From NCBI GenBank assembly GCA_965240325.2, contig OZ251244.1:1-64000 (forward strand): 64,000 nucleotides of DNA, in the 5' to 3' direction. The translations under genes and the position numbers were made by a program. The DNA is from Rebecca billardiae RCC1528. Lineage: Eukaryota > Protista > Haptophyta. The notes beneath the pieces are model-generated. The model saw nothing but the letters and a program-made list of their open reading frames with translations. It ran no database searches and had not been told where the DNA came from. Below, piece by piece: positions 58,776 through 64,000 of this stretch (positions are counted from its first letter, which is position 1; each line of letters opens with the position of its first letter).

Positions 58776-59364
58776 CGACTGGCGAGTCGTCGGGCCGGCC
58801 GGGCGCGGCCGTGGCCGTCAGCCTGCTGGCTCTTGCGTCTGTTGCGAGGCATGCCGACCTGTGACACTGTAGTCACTGCTGACGATGATATGCTGCGAGC
58901 CACTCTTTATTGACTCAGGCGCATATCTTCTGAATTCATCATCTACTGCTACTGAGTATTATTTAACGTACTATATATGCCGTGTGACCGTACTATTGAC
59001 TCACTATCAGGAGCAGACAGTCCGGCTCGGACCTCACTGACTACACTAAGACGTACTGCCAAGCTCTGAAGCTGGCGACTGGCGGCCGACCGGCTCCCAG
59101 GTACTGTTCAGTCACAAGACAGTCATGAGACGTATTCATTATTTCATCAGTGTCAGGACTCAGGCATCGTGACAATGCATGATCGATAACATCGTCAGGC
59201 CGGCCAGACTCAAGAGTCAATCAAGAGCCACATAACGAACCCTCTCGAGTCTACCGGAACGCGCCGCGAGTCTGCTTGTCTGGAGCCCGAGCTGCCCACC
59301 GTCGCGCGGCAGGCGAGCACGGCGCAGAGCGGCGCCGAGGGGCGGAGCTGCCCACGCGCGGGCG

Positions 59365-62304
59365 ATGCGACGCCGCATGCTACGGGCCGTGGCCGCCGGC
59401 CCGACCCGCCCGCTCGCGCGCTGCGCCGCCGTGCGCTGGGCGGCGCGCATGCCCGCCGCGGCATGCGCGCCGCCGGCCGCGCGCGCGCTCTCGCTCACGC
59501 CGCCGCCGGGGCAGCACGAGGAGGCGCCGCGCCTGCGGCTGCGCCCAGGCATGATGCAGCACGCCGACCCCGCCACGCCCGGCGCCGAGCCGTACGCCGC
59601 GCGCCTGGCCAGCGAGCGCGAGCGCGCGGCTCTGCTGGCGGAGGTGGCGGCGGGTGGCGTCGGCGCGGCGCGCGCGCTCGCGCACGCGTGCGAGCTGGGC
59701 GCGTGCGAAGAGCTGCACGTGGACACGCTTGCTGAGATTGCGCTCGCGTTTGCCGCCCTCGGCCGTGCGCTCGACGCCGCGGAGCAGCGCGCCACCGGGA
59801 TGCTCGGCGCCCCGCCGCCGCCCAGCGCTCCCGCGCCCACGCCGGAGGGCGCCTCCACTCCCGCGCCCACGCCGGAGGGCGCCTCCACTCCCGCGCCCAC
59901 GCCGGAGGGCGCCTCCACTCCCGCGCCCACGCCGGAGGGCGCCTCCACTCCCGCGCCCACGCCGGAGGGCGCCTCCACTCCTGCGCCCACGCCGGAGGGC
60001 GCCTCCACTCCCGCGCCCACGCCGGAGGGCGCCTCCACTCCCGCGCCCACGCCGGAGGGCGCCTCCACTCCCGCGCCCACGCCGGAGGGCGCCTCCGCTC
60101 CCGCGCCCACGCCGGAGGGCGCCTCCACTCCCGCGCCCACGCCGGAGGGCGCCTCCACTCCCGCGCCCACGCCGGAGGGCGCCTCCACTCCCGCGCCCAC
60201 GCCGGAGGGCGCCTCCACTCCTGCGCCCACGCCGGAGGGCGCCTCCACTCCCGCGCCCACGCCGGAGGGCGCCTCCACTCCCGCGCCCACGCCGGAGGGC
60301 GCCTCCACTCCCGCGCCCACGCCGGAGGGCGCCTCCACTCCTGCGCCCACGCCGGAGGGCGCCTCCACTCCCGCGCCCACGCCGGAGGGCGCCTCCACTC
60401 CCGCGCCCACGCCGGAGGGCGCCTCCACTCCCGCGCCCACGCCGGAGGGCGCCTCCACTCCCGCGCCCACGCCGGAGGGCGCCTCCACTCCCGCGCCCAC
60501 GCCGGAGGGCGCCTCCACTCCCGCGCCCACGCCGGAGGGCGCCTCCACTCCCGCGCCCACGCCGGAGGGCGCCGCAGCGGACGCGGAGGCGGACGCGGAG
60601 GCGGAGGCGGAGGCGGAGGCGGAGGCGGAGGCGGAGGCGGGGGCGGAGGCGGAGGCGCAGGCGGTGGCGCGGCTGGGGCTGCTCGCGCTGCTGCCATACG
60701 TGCGGCAGCGGCTGGGCAGAGACGGCCCCGCGCGGGCCACGCGCACGGCCGCGGCGGCGGGCAGCGGCGCTGACACGCAGGCCGCGCACTCAGGGCAGCC
60801 GCAGCCGCAGCCGCAGCCGCAGCCGCAGCCGCAGCCGCAGCCGCAGCCGCAGCCGTCGCCGCAGCGTCCCTCGGCGCCGCGCGAGCTGGCCGTGCTGCCG
60901 TGCGCGCGGCAGCCGCCCACCCCGGCGGCACTGGTGGCGCTCGTGTGCGCGTACGCGCGCGGGCTGATGCCGCGCCCCTTCTCCGAGGCGCGGCCGCAAA
61001 CGGGCGCGCCGCACGCGCCGGGCGGCGGCGGCGGCGCGGCGGTGGCCGCCGCGGCGCTGCGCGAGCGCCAGTGCGCGGCGCGCGAGCTGCTGAGCGCGCT
61101 GGCGCGGCCGCTCACGCCTCGCGTGGACGAGCTGAGCCCCGCGCAGCTCGCGCTCGTGTGCGCCGCGTACGCGCACGCCGAGCCGCCCGCGTGCGGCAAG
61201 CTGTATGCCGCGCTGGGCGCGCACGCGCACGCGCGCGCGCCCGGCTACTCGGCCGCGCAGCTGTGCGCCGCCGGCTGCGGGCTGGCGCACCTGGGCGTGC
61301 ACGCGCCCGCGGTGTTTGCGGCGCTCGCGGACGCGGCGGCGGCGCTGCCGGTGGGCGCGGCCGAGCCGGCCGAGCTCGCGCGGCTGGCGTGCGCGTGCGT
61401 GCAGGTGCGGGCGCTGCACCCGCCGCTGCTGCGCGCCGCCGCGGACGCGGTGACGATGGGAGCGGCGCGGATGCCCGGCCGCGCGCTCGCCGAGGGCGCG
61501 CGCGCGCTCGCGCGCTGGCGCGGCGCGCCCGAGTCGGCGTGGCGCGCGCTCGCCGTGGCGACGGCCGCGCGCGCGGCGCAGATGCGCCCCGCCGACCTGG
61601 CGATCGCGCTGCAGGCGCACGCCGTCGGCGCGGCGGCAGGCGGCAACGGCGCCGCCTCCGCGCTCGGCCGCGGCGACGGGCCGTGCGCGCGCGCCATGTG
61701 GGACGCCGCGTGCGCGCACGGCGCGGGCGCGTACACGCGCGTGCAGCTGATCGCGCTGGCGAGCGCGCGCGTGCTGCCGCCGTGCGGCCCCGCCGCGCTG
61801 CCCGCGCCGCCGCCGCCGCTGCTCGACGCGATGCGCGCCGCCGCCGCCGCCGTGGGCCGCCGCACGCCCGCCGCCGAGGCCGCCCTCGCCGCCGCGCTCG
61901 CGCGCGCCGGCTGGGCGGACGCGGCCGTGGGCGTGCAGCTCGACGAGGAGGGGCTGCTGTGGGGCGCGCTCGCCAGCCCGGCGCGCCGGCTGGTGCTCGT
62001 GCTCGAGCGGCCGTCGCTCTCGCTGCACGACGTGAGCGCGGCGGGCGCGGCGCTCGGCGCCGCGCCCGACCCCGCGGCCGCGGCAGGCGCGGACGGCGCG
62101 CACGCCGACGGCGCGCACCTCGCGCGGCTCGGCGCGTGCGCGGCGCGCGGCTGGGCGGCGCTCACGCTGCCGCGCGCGCGCTGGCAGGAGGCGGCGCGCG
62201 CCGAGCCGGCGGCGGACGCGCTCGCCGCCGAGCTCGTCGCGCTCGTCGAGCAGCACGGCGCCGCGCAGCTGCTCGAGGACGCGCGGCGGCGGCAGCGGCC
62301 GTAG
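59365..62304 (+). CDS. Helical-repeat (OPR/HPR/FASTK-like) protein with C-terminal RAP-like domain, probably organelle-targeted
   Basis: Repeats LSPAQLALVCAAYA, YSAAQLCAAGCGLAHLG, MRPADLAIAL; C-terminal RLVLVLERP..RL..RGWAALTLP..RW; Arg-rich, acid-free N-terminus. Confidence 0.7.
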   Translation: MRRRMLRAVAAGPTRPLARCAAVRWAARMPAAACAPPAARALSLTPPPGQHEEAPRLRLRPGMMQHADPATPGAEPYAARLASERERAALLAEVAAGGVGAARALAHACELGACEELHVDTLAEIALAFAALGRALDAAEQRATGMLGAPPPPSAPAPTPEGASTPAPTPEGASTPAPTPEGASTPAPTPEGASTPAPTPEGASTPAPTPEGASTPAPTPEGASTPAPTPEGASTPAPTPEGASAPAPTPEGASTPAPTPEGASTPAPTPEGASTPAPTPEGASTPAPTPEGASTPAPTPEGASTPAPTPEGASTPAPTPEGASTPAPTPEGASTPAPTPEGASTPAPTPEGASTPAPTPEGASTPAPTPEGASTPAPTPEGASTPAPTPEGASTPAPTPEGAAADAEADAEAEAEAEAEAEAEAGAEAEAQAVARLGLLALLPYVRQRLGRDGPARATRTAAAAGSGADTQAAHSGQPQPQPQPQPQPQPQPQPQPSPQRPSAPRELAVLPCARQPPTPAALVALVCAYARGLMPRPFSEARPQTGAPHAPGGGGGAAVAAAALRERQCAARELLSALARPLTPRVDELSPAQLALVCAAYAHAEPPACGKLYAALGAHAHARAPGYSAAQLCAAGCGLAHLGVHAPAVFAALADAAAALPVGAAEPAELARLACACVQVRALHPPLLRAAADAVTMGAARMPGRALAEGARALARWRGAPESAWRALAVATAARAAQMRPADLAIALQAHAVGAAAGGNGAASALGRGDGPCARAMWDAACAHGAGAYTRVQLIALASARVLPPCGPAALPAPPPPLLDAMRAAAAAVGRRTPAAEAALAAALARAGWADAAVGVQLDEEGLLWGALASPARRLVLVLERPSLSLHDVSAAGAALGAAPDPAAAAGADGAHADGAHLARLGACAARGWAALTLPRARWQEAARAEPAADALAAELVALVEQHGAAQLLEDARRRQRP
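59821..60570 (+). repeat. 30-bp coding VNTR, 25 units (ASTPAPTPEG)
   Basis: GCCTCCACTCCCGCGCCCACGCCGGAGGGC repeated almost perfectly. Confidence 0.97.
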
Positions 62305-62452
62305 CTGCTAGTGACGATGACGACGCCGATGACGACTGCTTAGAATGATGGCGGCGCGCACGGCAGCGCAGCATTAAGATCAGAAGCCATCATCAGCGTA
62401 TGCGCGCATATCGCGTATGCTGATATGCGCGCGATATACTGATGAACGAATA

Positions 62453-62960
62453 CAGGCCATCGCGGGCAATAAGGAGCTGTCACGTTAAGAAACTGGGGCT
62501 TGCTATCTGCGGATCTGGCCTAGAAACTGAGGCTAGCGATTGGCTGGTTCGCTATACGCATAGTCACACTAAGAAACCGGGACTACGTCGTCCCGGCTGA
62601 CGAGTGGTCCGCCGAGGGGCGAGGCGCAGTCGGCCCGTCGGGGACGCGGCGCGCGGCCCGACTACGAGTACAGGCCAAGTCCCGACTTCTCCTGATGACT
62701 GACTCCTGGCCAGTGCACCGCAGCATCCATGCAACATCATGCCAGATTTGCTCCAAAAAGGCCCAAAATTTTCGTCGGCCTCGCCGGCCGGGCCTAAAGA
62801 CTCAGCGGGGGGCTCTGCCCCCCTTATGGGCCCCCCGCGCCTGCGCGGCGGGCGGACCTAGCTAAGAAACTGAGACTCCGTAGGCGCTCGGGCTACCGAA
62901 CGGCTAAGAAACTGAGGCTAGCCGTGAGATCTCTGACTTCTTATTGCCCGCGATTGCCTG
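62453..62960. mobile_element. 508-bp MITE with TA target duplication (Tc1/mariner-like ends)
   Basis: 24-bp TIR CAGGCMATCGCGGGCAATAAGRAG (2 mismatches); TA at 62451-2 and 62961-2; no convincing ORF. Confidence 0.9.
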
Positions 62961-63252
62961 TACTTAAGTTACAACGATAGCGACGACGACGACGCGAATG
63001 CATCAGCATCGAGTCCGCGACGCGTCCCCGGCCGGATATCACTACGTACTGCTACAGCATACGCTCGTCATCATCGTCATATATGCGTAGTCGTCATCAG
63101 CATATATATATATATATCATCATCATTCACGGGCTGTCACGGCCAGTGCGGCCCAGTCGGACTCACACGGTCCGATATACTCGGGCCGGCGGCAACACGC
63201 ACGGACATGTTGAGCCGCGTCCACCAACGGGCGGCAGTGCTCGCCGTCTGCA

Positions 63253-64000
63253 TCAGCCCTGGCTGCTGCTGTCGTCCGCCTCGCAGTGCTCGATGGTGGG
63301 CCAGAGCGCGGGGAGCGCCGCTGTGCACGCCGCGGCCTCGGCGGCCTCGGCGGCCTCGGCGCGGGGCCGCGGCCGCGCCCGAGCTGGCCCGCTCGGCGAG
63401 GCAGTCGAGGCGTCGTCCGCGCCCAGCTTGCGCTTGGGCGCCCGCTTGGGGTAAGCGCGGACCATGCCCGGCAGCATGTGCGTGCCGCACATGCTGGGCG
63501 ACTCGCCTGGTAGCCCGAACGTCCGGTGCTTGCCGCAGCCGGGCTCGGCACACATGCGCTGCTTCACGTTGACCATGCCCGCCAGCTTGTGCTTGCTGCA
63601 CCGGCTCGGCCGCTCTGCCGGCAGGCCGAATGAGGGCGCCCGCGTGCAGCCATCCTCCACGCAGGATGGCTGCTTAGTGCAGGCGGCAGGCTTCCTCCCC
63701 AGATGCCTGTGCGCTGCGCACCAACGGCCCACTTTGGCCGTCCTGACCGCACACGGCGGCTCTTTGCACCCTGGTGCTGCGCAGCGTCGGCTGCTACGGC
63801 TCACCATGCCTGCGAGCTTGTGCGCGCTGCATCGGCTGCACCGCTTCTCGTCCGGCATGCCGTAGCTCGGCCGCGCCCGGCAGCCAGCAGCCTCGCATCT
63901 GGGGCTCTTGACGTTCTCCATGCCCGCCAGCCTGTGCTTGCCGCACCGGCTGGCGTGCGCACCGCCCGGCAGGCCGTAAATTGCCTGCTTGAAGCAGCCA
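63253..64000 (-). CDS. EsV-1-7-type cysteine-rich repeat protein (5' end lies beyond the window)
   Basis: At least 5 repeats of CxxxGCxxxPx(F/Y)GxP...CxxH(K/R)xxGMVNV; the frame stays open to the window end. Confidence 0.8.
   Translation of the reverse strand, partial: GCFKQAIYGLPGGAHASRCGKHRLAGMENVKSPRCEAAGCRARPSYGMPDEKRCSRCSAHKLAGMVSRSSRRCAAPGCKEPPCAVRTAKVGRWCAAHRHLGRKPAACTKQPSCVEDGCTRAPSFGLPAERPSRCSKHKLAGMVNVKQRMCAEPGCGKHRTFGLPGESPSMCGTHMLPGMVRAYPKRAPKRKLGADDASTASPSGPARARPRPRAEAAEAAEAAACTAALPALWPTIEHCEADDSSSQG

Overview
Left end of a chromosome from a very GC-rich, intron-containing, flagellated eukaryote. The TTAGGG telomere, short CGCG-rich GT-AG introns and gene content suggest a haptophyte-like alga such as Pavlovales, but this is inference only. 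1-1.5 kb is telomere. 1.5-25 kb is a subtelomeric repeat and transposon zone: short tandem repeats, an RCC1 remnant, a 34-copy ~212-bp satellite with higher-order structure, decayed hAT and MITE pieces, and an intact-looking 6.2-kb two-ORF transposon with 34-bp CACAG- TIRs encoding a RAG1/Transib-like DDE transposase. 25-56.5 kb is a compact gene block: XK-related, ankyrin, NWE-motif ciliary protein, BI-1-like, ERI1-like, TRAPPC4, cNMP-binding, CFAP45, a Bromo-SAND/TDBD-PHD-GCN5 fusion and SLU7. 57-64 kb holds a hAT-type element with a 7-bp TSD, a RAP-domain protein with a 30-bp VNTR, a TA-flanked MITE and a partial EsV-1-7-repeat gene. The two most notable observations are the RAG1-like transposon and a decay pattern in which old repeat copies gain many micro-duplication insertions but few substitutions. 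All homology calls are by-eye motif recognition; no searches were run.
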